Assembly (NCBI RefSeq): GCF_006345805.1
Contig: NC_043012.1
Location: 23,064,001-23,128,000, forward strand
From: Octopus sinensis
Lineage: Eukaryota
Direction of reading: 5' to 3'
Length of the DNA: 64,000 nucleotides
Shown piece after piece: positions 10,745 to 22,765 of the stretch. The position numbers and the translations under genes are program-made. The notes under the pieces were generated by a model. The model did no database searches, was not told the origin of the DNA, and saw nothing but the letters and a program-made list of their open reading frames with translations. Position 1 is the stretch's first letter; each line of letters begins with the position of its first letter.

Positions 10745-11215
10745 ACGAAATCATTGGTAGAATTATCAGAGTATTGAAAAGAATACCTGGTGGTATTGGT
10801 CCCATTTTTTTTTTTTTCACATTTTGAGTTCAAATCCTGCCAAGGACAACTTTGCCTTTCATCTTACCAGGTTTGATAAAATAAACTACCAATCAAGTAC
10901 TGGAGTTGATGAAATTGACTAGTCCCCTCTCCCAAATTTCAAGCCTTGTACCTATAATAGAAAGGTATTATTATTATTATCATTATTATTATTATTATTA
11001 TTAAAATGGAGAGCTGGCAGAACTGTTAATATGCTGGAAAAAGTGCTTAGTGGAATTTCATCTGTCTTTACATTTTGAGTTCAAATTCTTCATTTTTATT
11101 AAACCCTTTTCGGGCTCAATAAAAATAGGTACCAGTTGAGCACTGGGTCGATGGAATAGACTTATCCACTCCCTAATCTTGCTGGCCTTGTGCCAAAATT
11201 TGAAACCATCATTAT
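10745..11215 (+). mobile_element. Two tandem decayed SINE family B copies
   Basis: Repeated GAGTTCAAAT...TTTGCCTTTCATC...AATAAAATA(A/G)GTACCAG...GGCCTTGTGCC blocks separated by (ATT)n. Confidence 0.7.
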
Positions 11216-11389
11216 CATCATTATCAAATATTATAGGGCTTGTGATTTCATAAAATCATTATATATTGAGTAATTAAGACAGCTAATTAGCAGAAGTGTT
11301 CTCATGCCAGAAAGAATGCTTAATGACTCATTTCATTCTGAGTTCAAATTCCACAAAGGTCATCACTACCTCTCATTTTTCAGGGTTAT

Positions 11390-11705
11390 CATCATCATCA
11401 TCGTTTAACATCCATTTTCCATGCTGGCATGGGTTGGACGGTTTGACAGGTCTCGAGAGAAAGTGAGCGGCACCAGGCTCCAATCTGATCTGGCAATGTT
11501 TCTACAGCTGGCTGCTCTTCCTAATGCCAGCCACTCCGAGAGTGTAGTTGGTGCTTTTTATGTGCCACCAGCACAGGAGGCAGTCAGGTGGGCCTGGCAT
11601 CAATCATGTTTGGATAGTGCTTTTTATGTGCCACTGGCACGGTGGGGGCAGTCAGGGGGTACTGGCATTGGCCACGTTCAGATGGTGCTTTTTACATGCA
11701 CCAAA
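11390..11705 (-). mobile_element. Retroposon family C copy
   Basis: (CAT)n-CGTTTAAC tail and GTGCTTTTTATGTGCCAC repeat units as at 8866-9186. Confidence 0.8.
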
Positions 11706-12239
11706 ATAAAAACCAGTTGATCACTAATCAACTACACCCTCCCCACCAACCCTTCTAAAAAATGCTGGCCTTGTGCCAGAAACTGAAAACAGTTATTATC
11801 AAATATAATTTTAATTTTGGTGGCAACCTTGGGGATACAAAATGCTACAACTACTGAAAGTTGCAGTCGCTAACGAGGCTAATGATGCAAAAATAAATGG
11901 GAAGCTTAACTCTCAAGAGAGAATTAGCAATAGGAAAGAGGAGGAAGCAACGGAATCGGTAAAAATCAAATTGTATAATTCTCTAAAGTACACTTAAGGG
12001 GTGAAACCACCAGATTCCCCACCGATGTCTGAGATGTGTCAGCAGACAAAATAATAACGATATCTCTCTGTAATAAATTATTCCTGTTATTAGTGTTGCT
12101 ATAACCGTTCTAGTTGGTGCTGGTTATCAATTTGCTTCTTATCATTCTTGTTCTTGACAGTAATAGTAGCGAGTGGATTTCAGTTTGGTTGCACTTGTTC
12201 TTGATTTTCTTTTTTTTTTTTCTATTTTCTTAAAAGGAG

Positions 12240-12810
12240 TTGATAGTATTGGTAGTGATTATTATTATCATTATTATTATTATTATTATTAAAAAAATTA
12301 TTATTATTATTACCAATATTTTTATTATTACCAATACTTATTATTATTATTACCAATATATTATAATAATTCTTGTACTTCTTTGTGGTGGTGGTGTTGT
12401 TGTTGGTAGTAGTAGTAGTAGTAGTAGTAGTATAATTATTGCATTCATTGCTTCTGGTGGTGTTGATGGAGATACAAGTGAGTTATCACCTTTTTTTTTG
12501 TTGTTTATTTTATATTTTTGAAAAAAGAAAATTATTTCATAGTTATTATTAGTAGTACCAGTGAAGTGATAGCAGAACATTTCATCATCTTCATCATCCT
12601 CATCATCCTCATCGCCACCATGACCACCACCTCGATCATTGTCATTATCAATCATCCTTCTCCTCCTCCTCCTCATCATCATCATCATCATCACCACAAT
12701 CATCATAGTCATCAACACTTGCACACTGCACCACATCATCACTGTCATTATCACTACCACCACCACCACCACCTTTTTCTCCTCCTTCTCCTCCCCCCTT
12801 CCTCCTTTTT
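12240..12810. repeat. Mosaic trinucleotide low-complexity tract (ATT, GGT, AGT, CAT, CCT, CAC blocks)
   Basis: Directly visible. It produces poly-I, poly-H and poly-D ORFs with stops in the alternative frames. Confidence 0.9.
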
Positions 12811-14547
12811 CTCTTTATTTGTTTTAGCCAGAATTGCATTTTATCTTGCATCAACAACCTGAGGAAGAAAACGTTTCAAATGAGGAAGTGAGAACAGGGA
12901 TTCTGCTCTAAACAGAAAGAGAAAGAAAGAAAGAAAGAAAGAAAACGAAACCAATCTTTGGTTTGAAAAAAAAATATAATAAAACAAAAACCTACAACAA
13001 AACAAGAAAAAAGTGATAGATGAAAACTTAACAGTTTGTATTTCTGTATCTAAAATGAACATACACGAGAGAGAGAGAGATGAAGGAGGCAATGCATGTA
13101 TTATGTGACTCTATGAACATATCAGGTTTCTTAACACCAAAGGCTTGATCTCATACTGGAATGAAGTTAGGATAAGGCAAAGATGGATTTCTGGACAGTT
13201 AGTTGCAGGAGAGAATTGAAATGGTGGTGGGTGGGTGGTGGTGGGTGGTATTTGGCAGTTGGGGTGAAGGGTGGAAGTAAAGGACAGAAAGCAAAAACCT
13301 AATTTGGATAAGATTGGTCTAGTGTCCAGAGGGGAAGGGCAAAGGTTTTCATGACGAGTGTGAAAGAAGGAGCTGAGGACAGGAAATGTGGCAAGTGGAA
13401 ACTGGGATAGAAAAATGATGGAACAGTGTGTTCATTACATTGTGAGAATGGATGCTGAGAGTAGGACTAGAAGGATATACGAAACAGAGAAAGGAAATGA
13501 AATCTGAGGAAAAAAAAACAACAAAAAAAAAAAGAGGCAAAGGAAAGAAAAAAAAAAAACATTTCCAAAAGGAATAGAAATGGTAAAGAGATTAAAAAAA
13601 AACAAAAAAAGTAACTCAATGAAATGGAAAAGAATGAAGAAAGAGGTGAGAGAGAGAGAAATTCAATTTAATGTTAAATTGAAAACTAAATTAAAGTTTG
13701 GGGTTAGGGTAACTCTATCCAAAGCTGTTGTAAACTGTGGACCTGGATGAGTTTCTTATTCTATTGATAGATTATAGGCTATGCTTGGACATTGATTTTG
13801 TTGTTCTTCTTCACCATTTCTCATATTCTTCTCTTCACTTTCTTTCTCTTACTCCCTCATGCTCCCCCCCGCCACCATCTCCTCTCATTTCCCTTATCCT
13901 AGCAGCAATTTTCATGTGAATTCTACCAGTCTAAAAGATGTTCTCGGTTTCTTTCTTCAACTTCCCGTTCGGCATCGGTTTCTCCAATTTCTATTGCATT
14001 GTTTGTTACAAACTAGTTTTACTAAAATTTCAACAACCCATGGATGGAAGATGGAAGAAGGAAGATGAATGAAAACCCATAAGAGATGAGATAGACACAC
14101 AGCTCGACTATCTGCTTGTCTGTTGGCTATGTTCTACACAAATCCTGCAATATCTCTAAGTTATGCAAGAGAAGATTGGAAATTTTCAATCTCTATGGAA
14201 ATTATACTTCATCAACAAAGATATAAAAATGACGTTTTAAAGCTTCAAAACTAACGTTGATTTCTGTTATTTATATAGTTTCCCTCCATATAAAATAATT
14301 TTTATTAGAAATATATAAATCACAGTAATAAAATAGTTGACGAATGCTCAAAGCCAAGCATGGCTTTTTCTTTCTATTTTTTTTTTGTGTTTCCTTTTTT
14401 TATCAGATGGACATCAATGTTTGATCAATGGAACTAAATTCTAACGCTGTGTATGTCGTTTCAATCCCAAGTCAAATATTGTGAGACGAAGAAAAAAAAA
14501 AGCAAGGAAACTGAGATAGGTGAAAATTTCTTAACTAAATCTATCTA

Positions 14548-14951
14548 GGCGCAGGAGTGGCTGTGTGGTAAGTAGCTTGCTAACCAACCACATGGTTCCG
14601 GGTTCAGTCCCACTGCATGGCATCTAGGGCAAGTGTCCTCAGGCTGACCAATGCCTTGTGAGTGTATTTGGTAGATGGAAACTGAAAGAAGCCTGTCGTA
14701 TATATGTATATATATATATATATGTGTGTGTTTGTGTGTCTGTGTTTGTCCCTCTAGCATTGCTTGACAACCGATGCTGGTGTGTTTACGTCCCCATAAC
14801 TTAGCGGTTCGGCAAAAGAGACCGATAGAATAAGTACTGGGCTTACAAAGAATAAGTCCCGGGGTCGATTTGCTCAACTAAAGGTGGTGCTCCAGCATGG
14901 CCGCAGTCAAATGACTGAAACAAGTAAAAGAGTAAAAGAGAGTAAAGAGTA
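14548..14951 (+). mobile_element. Full-length SINE family A with a 33-bp target-site duplication
   Basis: A-box-like TGGCTGTGTGG, B-box-like GGTTCAGTCCC and CCTAGGGCAAGT-type core-like segment, ending in a (GTAAAAGA)n tail. Direct repeats at 14516-14548 and 14952-14984. Confidence 0.93.
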
Positions 14952-15019
14952 ATAGGAGAAAATTTCTTAACTAAATCTATCTAGATAAAGAATAAAAAGA
15001 AAACTAGTGCTATAAATAC

Positions 15020-15240
15020 AAAGAAAGATGGCAAGCTGGAAGAATCATTACTGTGTCAGACAAAATGTCTGATGACAACTTCTGCTCTTGATGTTCAGAG
15101 TTCAAATGCTGCTGAGTTTAACTTTGTCTTTCATCTTTTTGGGGTCAATAAAATAAGTACCAGCTGAGCACTGGGGTTGATGTAACCAATTTCCCCTTCA
15201 CCTCAGAATTGCTGGCCTTGTAACAAAGATTAGAAAGAAC
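15020..15240 (+). mobile_element. SINE family B, decayed
   Basis: GCAAGCTGGAAGAATC head and GGGGTCAATAAAATAAGTACCAG central motif. Confidence 0.7.
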
Positions 15241-15439
15241 TATGAATACAAGGAGGTTCTACTTGTATAATCTGCTTGTACAACAGTCAATTACTACCTT
15301 AAACAAAACCCAACCACACTTACCCTAAGAAAATCCCTGGGATTACTTATGAAATACATGACAAAACTTACAGATTTGGAGGTTGCTGATAGTTCAATAG
15401 TAGTTGATCAATCCCATTTATTTTTGTTTGTTCCTTCTA

Positions 15440-15718
15440 GAGCCATGCCTGGCTCATAAGGGCCAGTTTCCCAGTTTCATTGGAGTATAGGTTCCCCACC
15501 TGGATGGAACGCCAGTCCATTTCAGGTTAGCTGCTAGATGCAGGAAGAGAGAGCGAGAGAAAGTTGTGGCGAAAGAGTCAGCAGAAGTTTGCCATTACTT
15601 TCTGCATGGAGCTTAGGTATTTTGCTCATAAACACACACATCACCCAGTCTGAGATTGAAACTTGTGATCCCTCAACCACAAGTCTGCTGCTCTAACCAC
15701 TAGACCATTTGCCTTCAC
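15440..15718 (-). mobile_element. tRNA-derived SINE family D, decayed
   Basis: Minus-strand head GTGAAGGCAAATGGTCTAGTGGTTAGAGCAGCAGACTTGTGGTTGAGGGATCACAAGTTTCAATCTC has A-box and B-box spacing. Confidence 0.6.
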
Positions 15719-15964
15719 AATCAATTCAATTTAGTTTCCATAATTAACAGGTTATTTGTTTGCAAGTTATGGAATTTAAATCTTAACAATATTTTCACAC
15801 AAAGTTTTAGTTTTAGTTTTCATTAAATTTACTCTTAATATTTAATATGTGAAGCTCTTTTGTACATAAATAATATTCTTCAACAATATAAATAAAACAA
15901 AAAAAAAACTTAACAGGTCATTGAAAGAAAACATTTATCATGAGACTCTTCAGGTATAGCTGAG

Positions 15965-16350
15965 TAGGTGTAGGCCTGGTTGTGTGGTTAAGAGGCTTGT
16001 TTTGTAATAACATGATTCTAAGATCGATCCCACTGTGAGACATTTTGGACAAGTATCTTCTACTATGGCCCTGGGCTAACCAGTGACTTGTGAGTGAATT
16101 CGGTTGATGAAAACCGTGTGGAAGCCTGTCTTATATGTGTGTGTATGTGTCTTTGTAAAGGTGTTTGACCACCATCACCATCACTGCTTGACAACTAGTG
16201 CTGGCTCGTTTATGTCCCAATAACTCAGCGGTTTGGCATAAGAAATCAACGCAATAAATTCCAGGCTTAAAATATATAAGTTCTGGGGTCAACTCTACTT
16301 TTGAAAGAAGAGTCCCAGCATGGCCTTGCTCCAATGACTGAAAGCAGTAC
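15965..16350 (+). mobile_element. Old SINE family A copy
   Basis: Recognisable but diverged GGTTGTGTGGTTAAG head, GTCTTCTACTATGGCC and CCAGCATGGCC blocks. Confidence 0.75.
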
Positions 16351-17794
16351 AAGATAAGGGGGTATGAATGAGTTGAAGAATCAGAGAAGAGATTTCAGAC
16401 ATGGAAATCCTAGAATGGAGAAGTCTTGCAGAGAAAAGACGGGGCTTTCATCTGGGAAGAGACAATGGTCAACAAACAGAAAACAAATAGGGATGATTTC
16501 TGTATGGTGGACCCTATGTCAACAAAGGGCACACAAATGCAGTGGGATCAAAGATAAGATGACATAAAGAGGAGACATCATATGTCACAGATATGCATGA
16601 GGTATTAGCATTCAGAGAACCTTTGGAATAATAAGTTCTTTTAAAGACTCCTAGAAGGGCTCTTAGAAGTAGTTGACGGCTTCTAGATAAATAATCTTTG
16701 TTAATGTTAAAAGAACACTTTAAATATACTCTGTAGATGTATACATAAAAAATGAAAATAAGAAAAAAAGTTTCATCACAATAAAATAAAAGGATTCATT
16801 TAAAACAGAAAGGAAATGCAATAAAGATATTGAATATAATAAAGCATTCTGAGAGATTTTCATCAGTACAAATGTAATGAATATATATCTGATGATTTTG
16901 AGGATGTATGTGAATGTGTTTATGAGCTGTCATGAATTACATTCTATTGTGAAAAATAGAGAGGAAAAGAAAAATGTGACAACTTATTGTTTTACTTATG
17001 TATCCATTGATTACTTCCCTTGAATATCATTTTAAAATTTAAAAAAAAACATTTTGAAAGAAAAATATTTTGGCTTTCATTTGATTAAAGAATTATATTA
17101 GCTAATCCAATATAATATAGATACATCTGTTTTTAAAGAAAAAATTTCAACGAGTAAAGTGGTTAGATTATTGTGCATGGAATTGTATGAGTGTGTGTGT
17201 GTGTGTGTATGAGATGCAAAGAGAGATAGAGAGGGAGAGAGAGTTTGTGTATGCTAATGTACTTCACATTTATAGGGGACATTATCAGACTTACATAAAT
17301 GAACAGTTCTAAATAGAATCGAATACAAATTCCACCATACACAAAATGAATTTAATTGAAAATGTATCAAAATGAACAAATGCAAATGAGATACATCAAA
17401 AGAGATGTGCTGCAAACCATAGATAATCAAGATAAGTAAAGATTTGCAAGAGTAACATATTTAAATAAACCCTGTGTGTGTGTGTTGTGTGTGTGTGTGT
17501 GTGTGTGTAAAAACACCCACATATATATATATGCATTTATGTATATATTAACAAAAGAGAAATCTGCCAGTGTATACACTTGACATATAAACTAATGAAT
17601 ATATTTACATACTACTGAGTCTTATGCTGTATAGCGAAAGGGTTCTGCTAACATTTGTGCATATGCCCCCCTCTACACAAGCATGTAGACACACACACAC
17701 TCTCTCTCTCTCACACACACACTTGCCCAAATTAAACAGCCATAGCAATACAGAATACATCAGATTCATATAGATTGACAAATATGTCTCAGTG

Positions 17795-17809
17795 ATTTAT
17801 ATATATATG

Positions 17810-17871
<62 letters not shown>

Positions 17872-17885
17872 TATTAAGATAATAA

Positions 17886-17918
<33 letters not shown>

Positions 17919-18015
17919 TATATATATATACATATATATACATATATATATATATATACATACACATACACACACACACATATAATGTACATACATATAT
18001 ATATGTATACATGCA
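17795..18015. repeat. (TA)n-dominated microsatellite
   Basis: Directly visible. Confidence 0.95.
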
Positions 18016-18437
18016 TACTCACACACTCATAAAGGCTGTATATGAAGGACGTACACAAATATACCTTACTACACAGTACAACGATACAGAATATTCAGAG
18101 AACCTTGCCCCCAGCTAGTCAATTTCCTTGCCAATTTCCTCTCTATTCCAATCTCTATTGATGGAACTTATATCCTATGAAATTAAGAATACCCCAAAGA
18201 TCATTCTTTCTGAACAAAAAGTGACGAAGTTTCATTTGAACTCTTTCTTGTCAAGCACTCATCTCAAATTACCAACTCACTCCTAACTTACATCAATAAA
18301 CGTTGTTGTTGTTGGTGGTGGTGGTGGTAGTGGTGGGGTAATTTTTACCTTATTTCAATCCTCAATCAGGTGTACTTCAAAAATACTTTCTCTTTTTGTT
18401 TGAGGTAAAAAGCGTTAGTATATGACATTTCTGGCAG

Positions 18438-18541
18438 TGAGGACAGGTCCGTGTCTCCCCGACATGATTCACGCAGAACACATAATTACTCTCATGTGCC
18501 ATTTAAGGAATGCTTTGAAAAGACCATGGGCACTAGCTCAG
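18438..18541 (+). other. Candidate 104-nt exon or conserved non-coding element
   Basis: tttctggcAG acceptor, open frame EDRSVSPRHDSRRTHNYSHVPFKECFEKTMGTSS and CAG|GTAATC donor. Locally CpG-retaining. Octamer ATGCAAAT lies just downstream. Confidence 0.2.
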
Positions 18542-18592
18542 GTAATCAAATGCAAATAAAGTCAAAATCCATTCAGCGGAATTTTAAATGGC

Positions 18593-18639
<47 letters not shown>

Positions 18640-20270
18640 GCTACTGCTACAAACTGGAGCTGAACTAATTTCCTCTGCTATCATATTCAAGACTTTTTGA
18701 CAATACCCTTTGGTTTATGAATATAAAATCAAAACCTGTCAGATTCTTAAGCAAAACTAACAAACAATAGATACACTCACTATTTCACACTAATTTTTAC
18801 TGACAACTGTTTCTGTGTCACAAATTCTTAGCAATATCAAATAAACATGTTGGTTTGCTTTAGTTATTATTAAAATCTGAGGTCAAAAATAAAGATTTTA
18901 ATTGATAAATAGTTTAGTTTTATAAATTTGTGTTGCAAGATTCTTGATGTGGGACCATATGTTGAAACAGATATTGTTATATTTCAGGATAGTAATTTTA
19001 AAATTTTACATGCCAAATAAACACACACACTATATATTCATTCTTCACTTGTTTATTACTGTTCCTATTCTATCTTATGTCCATTGTCCAGAAATCGTTC
19101 ATCACACATCTGTGACCTCTTCAATGACCCTTCTGTCCATGTGTATCCACCTGTTCCTCTTAGTCCAGAGAACAGTTCAAGTTCATAACAAATACAGCCT
19201 TCCACAAATGAAAGTTACTAGATGCCTAATCTTAAAAAGAACTTTAGTCACACAATGGTACTTTTGGAAGTGGTTTACTACCTATTAGTCATCACAGTTG
19301 TAACTTCATGATAAAAACTAAACAGCATCATCATCATCATTTTAACATCCACTTTTCCATGCTTGCATATTTATTGGGGAAGATTTTCTACAGCTGGATG
19401 CCCTTCCAGTTACCAACCTTTACCTGTTTCCAAGCCAGGCAATATTTTTCCATGGCCAAATATGGCAAAATATTACTGGAAATGAATGGAATTTCAGACA
19501 CAACAATCATGTGATGTCAAGACAAGGTCACACACATGGCTGTGTGGTAAGAAGCTTGGTTCCTAACTACATGGTTTGGGGTTCACTCCCACTACATGGC
19601 ACCGTGGGCTCACCAAGCCTTTTGAGTGGATTTGGTTGATAAAAACTGAAAGAAGACTGTCGTGTGTGTGTGTGTGTGTGTACATATATATATATATCTA
19701 TGTGTGTGCTTGTCCCCCACCACTGCTTGACAACTGGTATTGGTGTGTTTGCATCTCTATAACTTAGCAGTTCAGCAAAAGAGGCTGATGGAATAAATAC
19801 CAGGCTTTAAAGTTCTGGAGATGATCTGTTTAACTAAATATTCTTCTAGGCAGTGCTCCAGCATAGCCTGAGTTTAATGACTAACACAAATAAACAATAT
19901 AAGATATATATGAAAGGGGGCTGAAAAGTTCCTATCCTCATTCCCGTTCATACTCACTCCTTGCTTCTCTCTCAGGCCAGGTAACAATGTACCTCCTTTT
20001 TAGCAAGACACCTGCTTCTGTCTCTCTGTCTTACTATAACCTTTCATCACTGACACAAGATCACCTCCTCTAATGGGATCCACATAGTTTCTGTCTCCCA
20101 AGTTCACTGAAATGGCTTTGGTCAACTGGAGCCATAGAAGACACTCTTCCAAGGTATGATGGGGTGGAAAAAACTTGGTGATTGGAAAACAAGCTGCTTA
20201 ACCACACAAACATGTCTGCACTGACAAAAAAAACCCACAGCTATTCCCCCTTTACTCTCATATTTTTTTA

Positions 20271-20664
20271 CTCTTTTACTTGTTTCAGTTATTTGACTGC
20301 GGCCATGCTGGAGCACCGCCTTTAGTCAAAGAAATCGACCATGGGACTGATTCTTTGTAAGCCCAGTACTTATTCTATCGGTCTCTTTTGCCGAACTGCT
20401 AAGTGACAGGGACGTAAATACACAACTGCATCGGTTGTCAAGCAATGATGGAGGGGGACAAACACAAACACACACACATATACATATATATACATATATA
20501 CGACGGGCTTCTTTTCAGTTTCCGTCTACCAAATCCACTCACAAGGCTTTGGTCGGCCCGAGGCTATAGTAGAAGACACTTACCTAAGGTTCCACGCAGT
20601 GGGACTGAACCCGGATCCATGTGGTTGGTAAACAAGCTACTTACCACACAGCCACTCCTGCGCC
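20271..20664 (-). mobile_element. Full-length young SINE family A
   Basis: Reverse complement of the 14548 copy, from the tail to CCACTCCTGCGCC. Confidence 0.92.
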
Positions 20665-20689
20665 TATCGTTCGCAAACTAACAGAGCAT

Positions 20690-21100
20690 AATGTTTCTTT
20701 TCTGTTAGTGTGCCGAGTGAAATGCTTAGCGATATTTCGTTTGTCTTTACATTCTGAGTTCAAATTCTGCCAAGGTCAACTTTGCCTTTCAACCTTTCAG
20801 AGTCAATAAAATAAGTACCAGTGGAACACTGGGGTTGATGTAATCCACTGCCTTCCCCTCCCCCTAAAATTTCGGGCCTTGTCCCTTTCGTAGAAGGGAT
20901 TATTATAATCAATATTAGTCCTCAGGTTGCAGCATTTTATCTGTCTTCACATTCTGAGTTCAAATTCTGCCAAGGTCAATTTTGCCTTTCAACCTTTCAG
21001 AGTCAATAAAATAAGTACCAGTGGAACACTGGGGTTGATGTAATCCACTGCCTTCCTGTACCCCTAAAATTTCAGGCCTTGTGCCTCGAGTAGAAAAGAA
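20690..21100 (+). mobile_element. Tandemly duplicated SINE family B body
   Basis: Two ~150-bp blocks (about 20725-20900 and 20940-21100) share the private variants TTTCAACCTTTCAGAGTCAATAAAATAAGTACCAGTGGAACACTGGGGTTGATGTAATCCACTGCC. Confidence 0.85.
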
Positions 21101-21679
21101 TATTTCTTTTCCGTGTACTCAGCACGTTTCTTAGGTCCTATCCTATTTCAAGTTATATTACTTCCTCCACTCAATAATATTATCAAGTAGGAATGTAACT
21201 ATTACAACAACTTATTCTAAGCACTAGTAATAGATAAAGATCTTCATCCTTGTCACTTTTTCCATAAAGAAAATTGACAATAGATATACAATTATATATC
21301 TGAGTGTAAAGAAAACTGGACTGGACATGTTAAGATGCATTCATATACACATTAGACATGCATCAAAAATATCCTTCTACACACACACACATATACAAAC
21401 ACACATATATTTATGTATGTAAAGAATCAATACTGAAGCTGTATATGGACAAACATGCATGTATATACAAGTAGAAGCCATGACAAATACAGAGAGGAGA
21501 AATAACAAAGGACAAATGAACATAAAATGAGGGAAACCGTTATGAACACTTCAAAAAGAATGTCTGAACATGACTACGTGTACTTGTGGGTATGTGTGTC
21601 CGGGTGTGCATGTGTGTGTATGTATATATGTATATATATGTGTGTATGTGTTTGGGTGTGTGTGTGTTTATGTATATGC

Positions 21680-21726
<47 letters not shown>

Positions 21727-21794
21727 CCCACACAAACATATATATATATATTATATATATATATACACACTATATATATATATACACATAAACA

Positions 21795-21836
<42 letters not shown>

Positions 21837-22204
21837 ACATATATACACATATTTATATACAAACATATATATTTACACACACACACACCTAAGTTTTCAA
21901 ACTGCAGAAACTTAGAATGATATATATACACACACACACATACAATGGGTTTCTTTCAATTTCTGTCTACCAAATCCAAACACTTTGGCTTTAAGTAGAC
22001 CAAGGGCTATAGAAGAAGACACCTGCGTGAGGTGACGACATGCAGTGGAACTGAACCTGCAACCATGAGATTGGGAAGTAAACTTCTTACCACACAGCCA
22101 CACCTGCAGTTATGAGTAAACATAAAATAAAATCTCGCATTGATGCTTTCCATCAATCAGTTTGTGCCAAAACAGGAGACTCTTTTTGCAATCACTGATG
22201 CCAT

Positions 22205-22228
22205 GAGAGAGAGAGAGAGAGAGAGAGA

Positions 22229-22292
<64 letters not shown>
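22205..22292. repeat. (GA)n microsatellite
   Basis: Directly visible. Confidence 0.97.
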
Positions 22293-22296
<4 letters not shown>

Positions 22297-22511
22297 TGCA
22301 ATTTGTAGAGCATTGTCAGAAAGCTAAGCAAGACGTCATTAGACATTCGCTTCTATGACATTCCTTGCAACCCAGTAAAAAAAAAATCTTCAGTGACCAG
22401 CTCTTTACTGACCATAGGATATTACTCCACTGACCTCAATACCAGGTGTGGATCATAATAAGTGACATGATCAAGCCAAGGAAATCCGAGCAAGTTCAAC
22501 CAGGGAGGGTG

Positions 22512-22765
22512 ATACTGATGATGATGATTACAATGACAGTGATGATGATGACAAGAAGATGACGAAGATAACAAGGAAGATAATGATGGTGATAAAGATG
22601 ATGATTGTGGTGGTGATGATGATGATTGTGGTGGTGATGATGATAATGACAATGATGATAACTGAAATGATGACAAGAATGGTGATAAGCATAAGAATGG
22701 TGAAGATGATGGTGAGAATGAAGATGATGACAATGCTGCTGACAAATAACGATGACAATGATAAC
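22512..22765. repeat. Degenerate (GAT/ATG)n trinucleotide tract
   Basis: Directly visible. It yields poly-M, poly-H and poly-I ORFs. Confidence 0.9.

Noticed and set aside
12350-12862. Poly-His, poly-Asp and poly-Met ORFs; also 22496-22924
   Set aside because: Trinucleotide low complexity open in several frames on both strands, with no domain signal.
14548-14630. tRNA-like A and B boxes
   Set aside because: These are SINE heads continuing into SINE bodies, with no complete cloverleaf or terminator, so they are not called tRNA genes.
16364-16567. ORF MNELKNQRR...; another frame gives EWRSLAEKR
   Set aside because: Only a faint resemblance to a LINE 3' end, too short and degenerate to call.
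19908-19935. TATGAAAGGGGGCTGAAAAGTTCC resembling the irritans-type mariner TIR
   Set aside because: An isolated ~25-bp match with no convincing partner TIR or transposase sequence.
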